Source of the DNA: Carcharhinus amblyrhynchos
Taxonomy: Eukaryota
Length of the DNA stretch: 64,000 bases
Assembly: GCA_965287045.1 (NCBI GenBank)
Contig: OZ336883.1
Coordinates: 33,356,001 to 33,420,000, forward strand
Direction: 5' to 3'
The first letter of the stretch is position 1. Each line of letters starts with the position of its first letter. This document shows positions 11,582 through 23,919 of the stretch, one piece after another. The position numbers and the translations under genes are program-made. The notes below the pieces were generated by a model, which saw only the letters and a program-made list of their open reading frames with translations, did not search any database and had not been told where the DNA came from.

Positions 11582-11959
11582 AGGAAGCAACTGCTTGTGT
11601 TTTAAAATGAAACTGAAACACTTTCTTTCCCTCATGCTTATGTCCTCACATTAAGCAAATATCCCTGTCAATCAACATAATCAAACCTCTGCTCTAAAAT
11701 CCTAGGGGTAACCCAAGTAAACACAAATGCATTCGCTCAGCTTAATCAAACATTCCATGACGAAAATGAATACTTACCATGTGCTTCCAGCTACTAATTT
11801 AAAGATTTTCCTAGACAAATCGGCACCATGCAAAACAGAGCTAAATTTAAAATATACCCTTTACAGGAAACATGATATAAATATATCTCTTAAAGGCACC
11901 ATTGCATCACACTGGCAGTTATTCCGGGAACAGGTTGATACTCTGTTACCAGAGGCTTA

Positions 11960-12181
11960 TAGCCTGAGGGGTGGCATTCCATAACAAGCATTCATGACCA
12001 GGAATCTCTTCTACTTCTACCACCAGCCGTTGGCATGTGGAAGGATTTGCAGGTTGACACTCAACCAGTTTGACCGCATTATGAATGAATTTTCTTTGGC
12101 CATAAATTCTTGGGGTGGGACATGAACCTGGTGCTTCTGGCTCAGAGGCAGGGACACTATCCATTGTGCCACAAGACCTTC
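11960..12181 (-). mobile_element. Second tRNA-derived SINE family (copy 2)
   Basis: Minus head aggtcttgtggcacaatggatagtgtccctgcctctgagccagaagcaccaggttcatgtccc with A and B boxes. Confidence 0.7.
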
Positions 12182-12283
12182 TACAAAGGTAGTTCTGTGT
12201 AACTCCCCAGTGATCTGTCTGATACTCAACCTTGCAAAGTCACTCTGTATCCATAAGTAGTTATGTTTATATGTATGTTTTCT

Positions 12284-12587
12284 AGTTTTAAGTTTATTTA
12301 TTAGTGTGACAAGTAGGCTTATATTAACAGTGCAGTGAAGTTACTGTGAAAATCCTCTGGTCACCACACTCTGGTGCCTGTTCGGGTACACTGAGGCAGA
12401 ATTTAGCATGGCCAATGCACCTAACCAGTACATCTTTCAGACTGTGAGAGGAAACCAGAGCACCCAGAGGAAACCCACACACAGGCACAGAGGGAACATG
12501 TAGAGACAGTGACCCAAGTCAGGAATCAAACCAGGGTCCCTGGCACTATGAGGCAGTGGTGCCAACCACTGTGCCACCAGGCCACCC
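12284..12587 (-). mobile_element. V-SINE, tail-B subfamily
   Basis: Head, core and tail-B. Confidence 0.9.
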
Positions 12588-13177
12588 TACTGGGAAGTCT
12601 ATTTAAAGTTTTTAAAAACTATGGCATTAAGGGAACATTTGTAAATTCAAGGAGCTGGATAGCAGATGCCTAAGATCCTTATTACATTGAAGAGTTTCAT
12701 GCTTGGGCAGAGTGGTATATTGGCATCATGTTGTTGTATATTCAGTTCAAGTTGGAGTACACCGTGAGAGAAACAATCTTCTCATCTTTGGATGATGTTA
12801 TGACTTTAAAACACATAGGCCTACATTTTCCTATGGGCTTGCATCAAGGTAATGGTGCCTCTACATAAAGGTGCCCTGAAATAGGTCAAACATTACAGCA
12901 ATTTATGGAAAAGGTTAACCTCTTCAAAAACAGAAAGAAAACTCTACCTTATTCAAATCATTCATGATTGTCGTTCTGATGCCAGTTTTCATGCTGTTGC
13001 CACTAAGAATTAAAAGAAAATGGTACCATGGTGTTCTGGCAGTGGTGAGGTGTTCAGCTCTGTCATCAGAATGAGAAAAGGGCCAAAATCAAATATCATT
13101 TCATGGCATTTTACCCTTCAGTTGGTAGTATGTTGATATAATAACAAAGAATGAAGCAGTTCCACGCTTCAGATTGA

Positions 13178-15486
13178 GCTGGCTGGGTCTAGCTGCTAGA
13201 CTGGGCTTGCAGCAGGTGGCGAGGGATCCAACAAGAGGGAAAACCACACTTGACCTCATCCTCACCAACCTGCCTGCCACAAATGCATTTGTCCACGAAA
13301 GTATCAGAAGGAGTGACCACTCCAAACCCCTTTTGGAGACATTTTCACGTTGAGTATACCCGCCATTGAGTTGTGTGGCACTACCACCATGCTTAATGGG
13401 ATAGATTTCGAACAGGTCTAGCTACTCAAGACTGAGCATCCATGAGGCACTGTGGGCAGAATGGTACCCAACCACAATCTGCAAACTCATGGCCCAGCAT
13501 ATCCACCACTCTACTATTACCACCAAGCCAGGGGATCAACTTTAGTTCAATGTAACGTGCTGGTGAGCATGCCAAGAGCCATACCACGCATACTTAACAA
13601 TGAGGTGCCAACCTAGTGAAGCAACAACTCAGGGTTACTTCCATGCCAAATAGCATAAGCACCAACTAATAGACAGAGCCAAGCAATTCCATAACTAATG
13701 AATCAAATCTAAGTCCTACAGTCCTGCCACATCTGATTGTGAATAATAGTGGGCAATTGAACATCTCACTGGAGGAGGAGGTTCCACAGATATCCCCATT
13801 TTCAATGATGGAGGAGCCCAGCACATCAGTGCAGATGATAGGGCCAAAGCATTTGCAATAATCTTCAACCAGAAGTGCCAAGTTAATGATCCATCTCGGC
13901 CTCCTCTGGCAGTCCCCAGCATCACAGATGCCAGGCTTGCAGCCAAGTCAATTCACTCCATACTCTATCAAGAAACAGTTGTAGGTACAGGATACAGCAA
14001 AGGCTATGGGCCCTGAAAATATTCCAGCAATAGTCCCAAAGACATGAGCTCCAGAACGTGTTATGCACCTAACCACAAGCTGTTCCAGCACAGCTACAAC
14101 ACTGGCATCTACCCAGCAATGTGGAAAATTGCACGGATATGTCCTGTACACAAGAAACAGCACAAATCCAACCTGATCAATTACTGTCCCATCAATTTAC
14201 TCTCAATCATCAGCAAATAATAGAAGGGGTCATCAACAGTACTAATCAAGTGACATTTACACAGCAATAACCTGCTCACGGATACTCAGTTTGGATTCCA
14301 CAAGAGTCACTCAGCCCCTGACCTCATTATAGCCTTGGTTCAAACATGGGCAAAAGAGCTGAATGCCAGAGGTGAGTTAAGAGTGATTGCCCTTGACATC
14401 AAAGCAGCATTTGGCCTAGTGCATCATCAAGGAGCCCTAGTGAAACTGGAGTCAGTAGAAACCGGAGGGGAGATCTCTGCTGATTGGAGTCATACCTGGC
14501 ACAATGGAAGATGTTTGTGGTTGTTGGAGTTCAAACATCTCAGCTCCAGAATATCTCTGCAGAGTTCCTCAGGGAAGTGTCATTGGCACAACCATCTTCA
14601 GCTGCTTTATCAATGAGCTTCCTTCCATCACAGAGACAGAAGTGAGGATGTTCACTGATAACTGCATAATGTTCAGCCCCATCAGTGACTCTCCAGATAC
14701 TGAAGCAATCCATGTCCGAATGCAGCAAGGCCTGGACAAGATTCAGGCTTCAGCTAACAAGTGGCAAGTAACATTTGTGCCATACAAGTGCCAGATAATG
14801 ACCATCTTCAACAAGAGAGGATCTAACCATTGTCCCTTGACATTACCATCGCTGAATTCCCCCACTCTCAGTGTCCTGGAGGTTACCATTGACCAGAAAC
14901 TTAACTGGATCAGTCATATAAATGCTGTGGCTACCAGAGCAGGTCAACGGCTAGGAATCCTGTGGAGGATAACTCACCTTCTGACTCCCCACAATCTACA
15001 AGACACAAATCAGAAGTGTGATAGAATACTCTCCATTTGCCAACTCCAATAACACTCAAGAAGCCTGACACTATCCAGGACAAAGTAGTCCGCTTGATTG
15101 CTACCCCATTCAATCCCTCCACCACTGACAAACGGTGACAGTGATGTGTACTATCTCAAGATGCACTGCAGGAACTCACCAAGGCTCCTTAGACAGCACC
15201 TTTCAAACCCAAGACCACTACCATCTAGAAGGACAATGCTTGGGAACACCACCACCTGCAAGTTCCCCACCTAGTCACACTATCCTGACTTGGAAACTTA
15301 TCACCGTTTCTTCACTGTCACTGGGTCAAAATACTGGAACTCCCTCCCTAACAGCACTGTGGATGTACCTACACCTCAGGGACTACAGCGGTTCAAGAAG
15401 GCAGCTCACCACCACCTTCTCAAGGGCAAACAGAGATGGGCAATAAATGCCAGCCTAGCCAGTGATGCCCACATCCCATAAATGAG
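13178..15486 (+). mobile_element. 5'-truncated CR1/L2-group non-LTR retrotransposon with decayed ORF2 (endonuclease C-terminus plus reverse transcriptase)
   Basis: Translates to PTRGKTTLDLILTN...SDH (APE end), RVIALDIKAAF, VPQGSVIGTTIFSCFINELP and MFTDN (degenerate FADD), and FKKAAHHHLLKG; many stops and frameshifts; 3' tail gcccacatcccataaatga. Confidence 0.9.
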
Positions 15487-15525
15487 TAGGAAGTTTTTTT
15501 GATCCAACTTGCTGGAAGAGAATTT

Positions 15526-15652
15526 GGGCAGAATTTTACCAGCATGTCTTTCTGAGGTTCGTACGATCCTGCCTAAAACCAATGGAGAATGGTGTTCTCC
15601 GAGCCTCGCCTGCCCTCAGAATCGGAGTGGGCATGCCAGTAAAATTCCTGCC
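15526..15652. mobile_element. Harbinger-like MITE
   Basis: About 21-bp imperfect TIRs gggcagaattttaccagcatg / catgccagtaaaattcctgcc; ttt on both flanks (3-bp TSD). Confidence 0.7.
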
Positions 15653-16081
15653 TTTATTGACCACAATTCAAAGCAATTTTTAATCTTTTTTTCACTTGCA
15701 ACTAATCTGGCTGGAAGAATAACAATGTGTTAATACCACACACCGATATTACTGTACAACTTGATCAACAAACTCAGGAGAGTAAGAGACACATTATGAT
15801 TCTCCAGAACTCACTGGTCAATTTATGCTGCACTATTGGTTCCTTGCTCAAATTGTCCCTTACTATTTATCACCCCATCATAAGAACTTCCTTGATTTGT
15901 ATATTGGTGCATGAATTAAACTACGATAGAAAGTTTGGGATCATAATTAAGGGAAGAATTGAAATGGTGCCATTTTGTTTCTGCATGTAGTAAATTGTTG
16001 TTAAAGATTTTAAGAATGTCAACTTCTATTTTTTCCTTATTTTCCTTTCTGTCTCTTTTCTGTCTCATAATTCAACCTAAG

Positions 16082-16326
16082 CTGGGTTCGATTCCCAGCT
16101 TAGATCATTGTCTGTGTGGAGTTTGGATGTTCTCCCATGTCTGTGTGGGTTTCCTCTAGGTGCTCCCGTTTCCTCACACAGTCTGAAAAACATGCTGGTT
16201 AGGTGCATTAGCCATGCTAAATTCTACCTGAACAAGTGCCGGAGTGTGGTGACTAGGGGATTTTCTGCAGTAACTTCATTGCTGTGTTAATGGAAGCTGA
16301 CTTGTGACAGTAATAAATAAATTTTA
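16082..16326 (+). mobile_element. V-SINE, tail-B subfamily, 5'-truncated
   Basis: B box, core and tail cagtaacttcattgctgtgttaatgg...cttgtgacagtaataaataaa. Confidence 0.9.
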
Positions 16327-16535
16327 AGCCATTCTGTCAAACTAATTTGGCTTCAGTGTTTAATATAAAACATGATTCTAAATTACAATTTATTGGAGTT
16401 ACACCTCCATTCACTGGAACCCTCCATCAACGCAAGCATTACTTCAACTGTTAGATTGATGCTGGATGTCTATGCTCACTGAAATGATTTTTATTTAAAA
16501 ACTAGCAGAATTTGGACCGGCACAATGGCAGGGGA

Positions 16536-16849
16536 TGGCACGGTGACACAGTGGTTGGCACTGTTGCCTCACAGCACCAGGGATCTGGGTTCAATTCCGG
16601 CCTCAGGTGACAGTCTGTGTAGAGTTTGCACATTCTCCCCGTGTCTGCATGGGTTTCCTCCAGGTGCTCTGGTTTCTTCCCGCAGTCCAAATATGTGCGG
16701 GTTAGATGGATTGACAATGATAAATTGACCCTTAGTGTCAGGGGGACTAACAGGGTAAATATGAGCCCTGGCTGGGATTATGATTGGTGCAGGCTCGATG
16801 GGCCAAATGGCCTCCTTCCACACTGTAAGGATTCTATAATTCTATAATT
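16536..16849 (+). mobile_element. HE1-like SINE, CR1-type tail
   Basis: Full length; ends gattctataattctata. Confidence 0.9.
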
Positions 16850-19379
16850 TTAAAACAAATTGACCACAGCAACTTCAGCACATGAGATGGCAAGAGTCAC
16901 GGTGCACATTGTCAGTCCGTCCCATTCAATTTATTCAGAGCACCCGCCAAGTTACTTTTAAAATTAAGCCCAAGTTCAAATTTAGCTGATCGGAGTGCTG
17001 AGTTTAAGTTTAGTCTTAAAAGTTTTGAACGATAGCATTAATGAATCACTTCCTGCCTATCTTTAGCTGTTGTATAAGCAGAGTACAGAAGTGATCTGGC
17101 ATAGGGTTAAATTAATGGAATAATTGAAATTCTTTTTATAATGACTCCAATATAGACATGAACTGTCGATGGCCAGTTTAACCATGCAGCAATGATTTTT
17201 TTTGGCAATATTGTACTTTCACCTCTCAAGAGGGCCTGTGACACAGTGAGAGATTTGTGTGTTTATTTATCTGTGTGTTTATTTATCTGTAAGACATCGA
17301 TAGCAATGCTCGAGATGTCAACTGCACTATAGAAATTGCTGTATTTATATGTTTTCACAGCTGAAGGACAAGGTAGTGCCAGCAGTCCCACAGACAAGAT
17401 AAGCTGCAACCCAAAGTGACAAAGGGCTCCTGAATCGATCATTATTTTTCCACTTCGCCTGACTAACTCGAAAATCACCAACTGTTCACTTCAAAGAAAA
17501 CACAGCTGCCAGTGACGCAAATACCATTAGGGAGAAAATGAATTATTTTTTTTAAAAAGATTATCATATTACAAAATCAGACTGCAGGTGCAAGTTGTTA
17601 ATTTTGCAACTCATGATTTAAGCCTGGGAGACGGGGCCTTGCTAGCACTTTACTCTGAATCGCATCATTGTTAGGCTACTATTAAACATGACAGTCTAGG
17701 ACTCGGTTAAATGGAAATTCGGTGCTACTGGTTTAGAACAAACATGAGAAAGTAGCCTGGATACAAAGGACTTGACATCAATTATTGAAGCCAATTCAGT
17801 ATTATGTGAAGGAAATGGAGAAAGTGGCAGTCAATAGGATCATGTTCTGTCTCTTTTCTATCCAATTCCTCCTGCTGATAGTGAAAATCCAGTCCATACA
17901 GAGGGGCAGCTTCACATTACATAACTTTAAATACTGATTTAATCTGCTTTGGGTGGGATAATGCATTGGTTATGGACTTAACACAGACATTCCACTTTGC
18001 TGTATATGAATTTTTTTTGATGACTCACTCTTCTATTCAGCAACTAAACATGTTAACGTGATCCCACGCAGCACAATTTAATTTGCCAATTTCTTTGCTA
18101 ATTTTGTGCCAGTTTTTAAAAGACTGAAGAACAAAAGCCACAGAAGAGCAAGCTACTGGCCAACTGACCTGAATCTATCAGATATTATTGGAACATACGC
18201 TACATGGTTTGTGCTGTCCCCTTGTTCATGCCCAAAGCACCAGGGAGAATGACTGCATAACTCCCTTTATGCCGAGCTGAATGGTTTCTTTAACTGCTTA
18301 ATTATGCTTTCCCGGGCGTCCGCAAAAAAAGGGACACCTGTGGCGTGCTTCTCAGGCCAGTTCTCAGATTTAACCGGGTCAATGGTGCATTTATCTGCAA
18401 TTGTCGCTTATTGTAAACAAGCTGGTGAAGAAATAAAATGAAATTAAACATAATATGAAGTAGCAACTTAATTGAAAAATACATGATGGACTCCCAATTA
18501 CCCAGCAATCAGATGGGCTTTCACAGATCCATTCTGCAGGACTGATTAATTCCACAGAAGGAGGCAAATTGCTGCCCGTTTAAACGGGCAAAGTGGTCCA
18601 ATTAATAGAAACGCAGTAAAAATCATTTTTTCCATTCAACTTAATAGATTTTCCAGACTTCCATTTTGCTTAAACAAATATTTACAGAGGCAATTATTTT
18701 CTCAGGTATTAGAATTGAGCGCTTAGAAAGTTCCAATTTATTTACCTCATGCATTACTTATGCACTAATCTCCTTGATATAAACGTCAGGCACCTTAAAG
18801 AAGCACTGGCTTAATAGAATTTTAATTTGATTATATGCAGGCTTCACTATCATGTCTGGTATAAAACCACACTTTAAATTTGCATGAAACTGCAACGAAG
18901 ATGACAAATTGACTAATTTGTATTTAATTGCATTTTAGTAAAAACAAAATTAGCTCTGGTGAAAGGAATAATTCTGCAGGACATAATGAAGAATGCAATT
19001 TATGCAAATATGCTCGCTGTATAAATTACATGTTTGTGCTATTCTAGCATAAGACTCAAGTACGCGAATATTATATAGTCAACCAGAAGGGTTGTGGCTC
19101 AGAGACTGGGATTTTCGATTACCCCTTGGGATGAGAACAGGAGCAGGCACACTTTGAAATGAGCTCCAGGATGGTGTGCCCCTGTCGCAATGCCTTCAGG
19201 TCACGCTGGCATTTTCAAAGCAAGGACAGGAGTGGGGAGTTGGAGACACACGCTTCCCATTAAGCTGCTTGAGGAGCTTGTCAAAGGGCTGGGGAGGGGG
19301 GGTGGTTTCAAAGCTTAAATCATCAAGCCCAAAATTCTGGTGCACATCTGGACCCAGCTCATGTTAAGTTGATTTTAAA

Positions 19380-19672
19380 TTGACCCCGGACATACTCTCT
19401 TCCACGTTCTTCCATCAGGAAAAAGGTATAAATGTCTGAGGACATGTACCAATTGACTCAAGAACAGCTTCTTCCCTGCTGCCAGCAGACGTTTGAATGG
19501 ACCTACCTTATATTAAGTTGATCTTTCTCTACACCCTAGTTATAACTGTAACATTACGTTCTGTACTCTCTTCCTTTCCTTCTCAATGTACGGTATGCTT
19601 TGTCTGTACAGCAAGAAACAATACTTTTCACTTATACTAGTATATATGACAATGATAAATCAAATCAAATCT
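19380..19672 (+). mobile_element. Rex1/Babar-type LINE 3' end
   Basis: Encodes PGHTLFHVLPSGKRYKCLRT...LKNSFFPAA; 3' end cttttcac...tgacaatgataaatcaaatcaaatc. Confidence 0.8.
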
Positions 19673-20016
19673 GAAACATCAGTGCACAGCAGCGATTGGG
19701 TTCAATAGCGGGGAACAAGTAACGTTTTTTATAATGATGGAGAAATTTTCCCACTGAGGCTTTCGGTTCCAGATTGAGTTCAGAACCCGATAGTTGGTCA
19801 TTTCATTGTGTTTGTTTGCAGTGAAGCTGTGAGCCCTCTGAGGTGCTGCCTCTCTCCTCCATGAGGAATTGTCAGGCCTTGTCATGGCTGCCATCTGCCT
19901 TTGCCTCTGGTGCTTTGGAGGCAGCTCCCTTCTGGTAATGATCAGTCCCACTAACAAGGCACAAAGCTTGCTGACAGCTAAATTAGAGCACCTACATTTG
20001 AACAAGTAATACAGAT

Positions 20017-21440
20017 CTTTTTCTAAAATATATTATTGGGATGTGGACATCACTGGCTCGGCCAGTATTTATAGCCCATTCTTAATTTCCTCTGAGAATG
20101 CGGTGATGAGCTGCCTTCTTGAACTGCTGCAGTCCATGTGGCGTAGGTACACCCACAGTGCTGTTAGGAAAGGAGCTCCAGGATTTTGATCCAGCGACAG
20201 TAAAGGAATGGTGATGTGTTTCCAAGTCAGGATGGTGAGTGGCTTGGAGGGGAACATCCAAATGATGGCATCCCCAAATGTATTCTGCCCTTGTCCTTTT
20301 AGATGGTAGCTGTTGTGGTGTCTTATGATCTTTTGCCACCATATATGTTGAGGGCCTCGTTGTGGACCTCAAGGAACCTGTCTCCACTCTATCTTTACCA
20401 AACAAGACATTGAGAAGGATGAGGTTCTGATTGAACACAATTACATGATGATTATTACCAGCAACAACTATTTGTAGCTTTTCAGAGGCCTTGTTCTAGC
20501 CTGGGTCATAACATTGGTTGATTACTTGACTATGTGCTTGACCTATGGTATAAACAAAGTCTTATTATTGTAGAGTCACAGGATGTAGTAAACATCTGCA
20601 GTCGGGATTACAGGCAATAATGAATACTTAACATGGAAACTGTACTTATATCCTCCAGCCTTACACATGGTGATGCAAAGGATGTCACTATGCAGCTTCT
20701 TAAAGGTACATGTCATCATCTACATTGGTACACAGACAATGTCACAATAGTAGTGGCCATGGGTTTGGAAGGTCTGTCTATGGAACATTCATGAGTTTCT
20801 GCAGAGCAACTTGTAAACGGTACACACGGCTGCCACTGTGCATCAATAGTGGAGGGTGTGAATGGTTGTGGATGGAATGCTAATCAAGTAGGCTGCTTTA
20901 GGCGTGTCAAGCTTCTTGAGTGTTGTTGAAGCTGCACTCATCCAGGCAAATAAAGAGTATTTCATCACACTCCTGACATGTTCCATGTGGATGGTGGACA
21001 GGCTTTGGGGAGTTAGGAGGTGAGTTACTCATCACAGAACGTCCCAACAACTGACTTGCTCATGTAGCCACATATGGCTGGTCCAATTCAATCTCTGGTC
21101 AATGGTAACCGCCCTGGATGTTGATAGCAGGTGACTCAGCGATGGTAATATCATTGAATGTCAAGGGATGAGAGTTAGATTCACCCTTGCTGGAGATGAT
21201 CGTTGCCTGACACATGTGCCATGAGTGTTACTTGCCACTTGTCAATCCAAGCCTGGATAATGTTCAGGTCTTGCTGCATTTGAATATGGGCTGCTTCAGT
21301 ATCTGAGGACATCATCAGCGAACATTCCTGCTTCTGACCTTATGATGGAGGGCAGGTCATTGATGAAGTAGCTGAAGATGGTTGGGCCTATGACACTATC
21401 CTGGAGAACACCTGCAGTGATTCCTGAAAATGAGATACAG
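20017..21440 (-). mobile_element. CR1/L2-group LINE 3' portion, interrupted at about 20315-20745
   Basis: GVLQDSVIGPTIFSYFINDLPSIIRSEAGMFADD (RT) at 21300-21420 and FKKAAHHRILRG near the 3' end; same family as 13178-15486. Confidence 0.9.
20569..20724. mobile_element. Candidate short solo LTR
   Basis: Perfect inverted termini TGTAGA...TCTACA, 156 bp; no clean TSD. Confidence 0.35.
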
Positions 21441-21758
21441 CAGAGCCAGAACACAACATTATCCAGGTTTCTGACCCCAGACTGAAAATCAAGCACAGAG
21501 TATCATGATAGTCCAATTATATTTTTTAGAATTTACAATTCTTATTCTGATTTTTAGATCCCTTCATTGCTTTGTCCCTCTTTGTAATCTCTTCCAGCTC
21601 TGTAATTCACTGAGACATCTCCAATCCTCCTAGACCCTTGAGCATCTCTAACGTAATTGCTCCACCTTATCCTCTCAAAACCTCTTAAGATCTCTTTCCT
21701 CTAAGGTGCTTCTTATAGCTGATCTTTTTGACCAAACCTTTTATTATCTGTCCCAATA

Positions 21759-22067
21759 AAGTTTTAACTTTATTTATTAGTGTCACAAGTAGGCTTACAT
21801 TAACATTGCAATGAAGTTACTGTGAAAATTCCTTAGTAGTTGCCACACTCCAGCACCTGTTCGGGCACACTGAGGGAGAATTTAGCGTGGTCAATTCACC
21901 TAACCAGAACATCTTTCAGACTGTGGGAAGAAACCGGAGCACCCGGAGAAAGCCACACAGACACGGGAAAATATGTAGGCTCCATGCAAACAGTCACCTA
22001 AGGCCAGAATCAAACCTGGGTCCCTTTCACTGTAAGACAGCAGTGCTAACCACTGTGCCACCGTGCC
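21759..22067 (-). mobile_element. V-SINE, tail-B subfamily
   Basis: Full head, core and tail-B. Confidence 0.9.
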
Positions 22068-22077
22068 ACTCAGATTT

Positions 22078-22252
22078 GGGGGAATTAGTGGGATAAATAT
22101 GTGGGGTTACGGTGATAGGGCAAGTCAGGGCAGTCGGGCGGAGTGGGTGGCAGTGGGCCTTTGTGGGATGCTCTGTTGGAGAGTCAGTGCAGACTCGATG
22201 GGCTGAAAGGCCACTTTCTGCACTGTAGGAATTCTGTGATTCTATTCTATGG
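22078..22252 (+). mobile_element. HE1-like SINE 3' part
   Basis: gcagactcgatgggctgaaaggccactttctgcactgtaggaattctgtgattctattctatg. Confidence 0.85.
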
Positions 22253-23919
22253 TTCACAAGCTGTTATATTGAGTGAACAATGCGCACCAATTCATTCCCA
22301 TCTGGAACGTCATGGGCAGTTCTGCTTACTGAATGTAAGGAAGGACACCAAGACATTTGGTCGTGGAGCCAGTGATGAAGGGTGGAGTCTTGACAATAGT
22401 TAACCACTAGCCATTGTGCCACCGTGCTGCCTAATATCACTTCATGTGGCTCAGAGTCAACTTTTGTTCGATGACACTACTATGAAGTGCTTTGGGACGT
22501 GTTCCTATGTTAATGTAATATAAATGAACGAATCCCAAGGGACCCACCAGCAAATTAGTGATGAACTGAGTTTCCTGATTGCCGAAAAGGCCCCGTTCCC
22601 ACACAAATGCTCCTCTGTGTGACCCAATATGCCTATAACTGTGATCAATGTCAGAAACAGCAGGTTTGAATGCCAAATGAAAACACTATATCAGTAAATG
22701 TGTGAAAAAATCTTTATTCAATTTGGTCGAACCTTATACTGGCCTTACCAGTAAGAAGCTGGAACTTTGCATTGAAACAGGTCAAGAATTAGATCCAGCA
22801 CATCACCATCATCTTATTCCACTTAACATGCTGTCTTCGGACCTGTGCAATGCAGCCTACAATGTCGTCAATGCAATCAAGCATGTTTTCAGCGTTTTAG
22901 TGTCACATTTCCTCACACCGGGCTGCAGCACCTTCACCTTCTCAGCCGGAATTTTACCAGCATGCCCGGTCTGGAAGTGTGGAGGTCGAGGCTTGCAGAA
23001 CGGCATTCTCCTTTGGCTTCGGGCAGGATCTTACGAGCCTCAGGCAGACAAGACACTAAAAAATCTGGCACTCCTCCCTCTCTCATAGCCAACACTTTTA
23101 ACTTTCTCACAGGTTTAACTGCACACACACGAAGATCTCAATGCCAACTGATGGCTTGCCCAGTGCCCCATGATTTTGCGCTGCTGTGTGCTGTAACTCT
23201 GCTCTGATTGGTCAGTACAGTCAGATAGCCTTCAACCAGGTCGGCCAATCCTGCAGAATTCTGGTTTTCTATGGGATTTGTTATTCTTCCGGCAGGAACA
23301 ATTGACGACTTCCACATAACCGGAATGTTGTGTGATCCGAATTGAACTCATCACAATTTCACTGTTGTTACTGTGTGTTGGAGCACAACCTAAATCCTTC
23401 CCTTTCACCACTCAGATCACTGAAGTTAAACTACATCAATGTTTTTACATCTTACAATATCTTCACTTTGTTGCTCTCATTGGGCCAGTAATCCAGAATG
23501 CACTCGGGACCCAAGTTTGAATTCTGCCATGGCAAATGATGAAATTTGAATTCAATAAAAGTCTGAATTAATAATCTAACGATGACCACAAAATCATTGT
23601 TGATTGTCATTAAAAACCCATCTGGTTCACTAACGTGAAAACATTGGAAAATTCAGGGCCATATCTTTGATCATGACCAGCAACCTCCTCCTGCCCAAAA
23701 TCCACACCCATCCACTGGCTAGCTGCTGCTTCCTGCCAGATTCTGGCTTACAGCTGACACCAGGCATGGATCTGAAATCCAAGTGTTACTCCAGCTGGGG
23801 TCTTGCATTGATGAGTTGACGAAGATGCGTTCCCTGTTGGAACCTGCCTTTTTGACTCTTACTGAGTGACTGGTTGCTTGTGCAGACATCTCTCCCGCCA
23901 TCTAGTTGTCATCTTCACC

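Larger units (their letters stand above)
10738..11911. mobile_element. Candidate solo LTR (Gypsy/ERV-type) with nested MITE and CR1
   Basis: Termini TGTTAGGA...GCATCACA; flanks ctag / ctgg (4-bp TSD with one mismatch). Confidence 0.5.
21560..22530 (+). mobile_element. L2 LINE 3' end split by a 670-bp insert (pieces 21560-21758 and 22431-22530)
   Basis: ctttttgaccaaaccttt...ctgtcccaata | ctaatatcacttcatgtggctcag...gtgctttgggacgtg...atataaatg. Confidence 0.65.

Noticed and set aside
14504-15052. 182-aa reverse transcriptase ORF as a functional gene
   Set aside because: Fragment of a decayed LINE with a degenerate catalytic motif (FTDN) and flanking stops and frameshifts
16536-16610. tRNA genes at SINE heads
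   Set aside because: A and B boxes continue directly into SINE bodies; no complete cloverleaf with terminator
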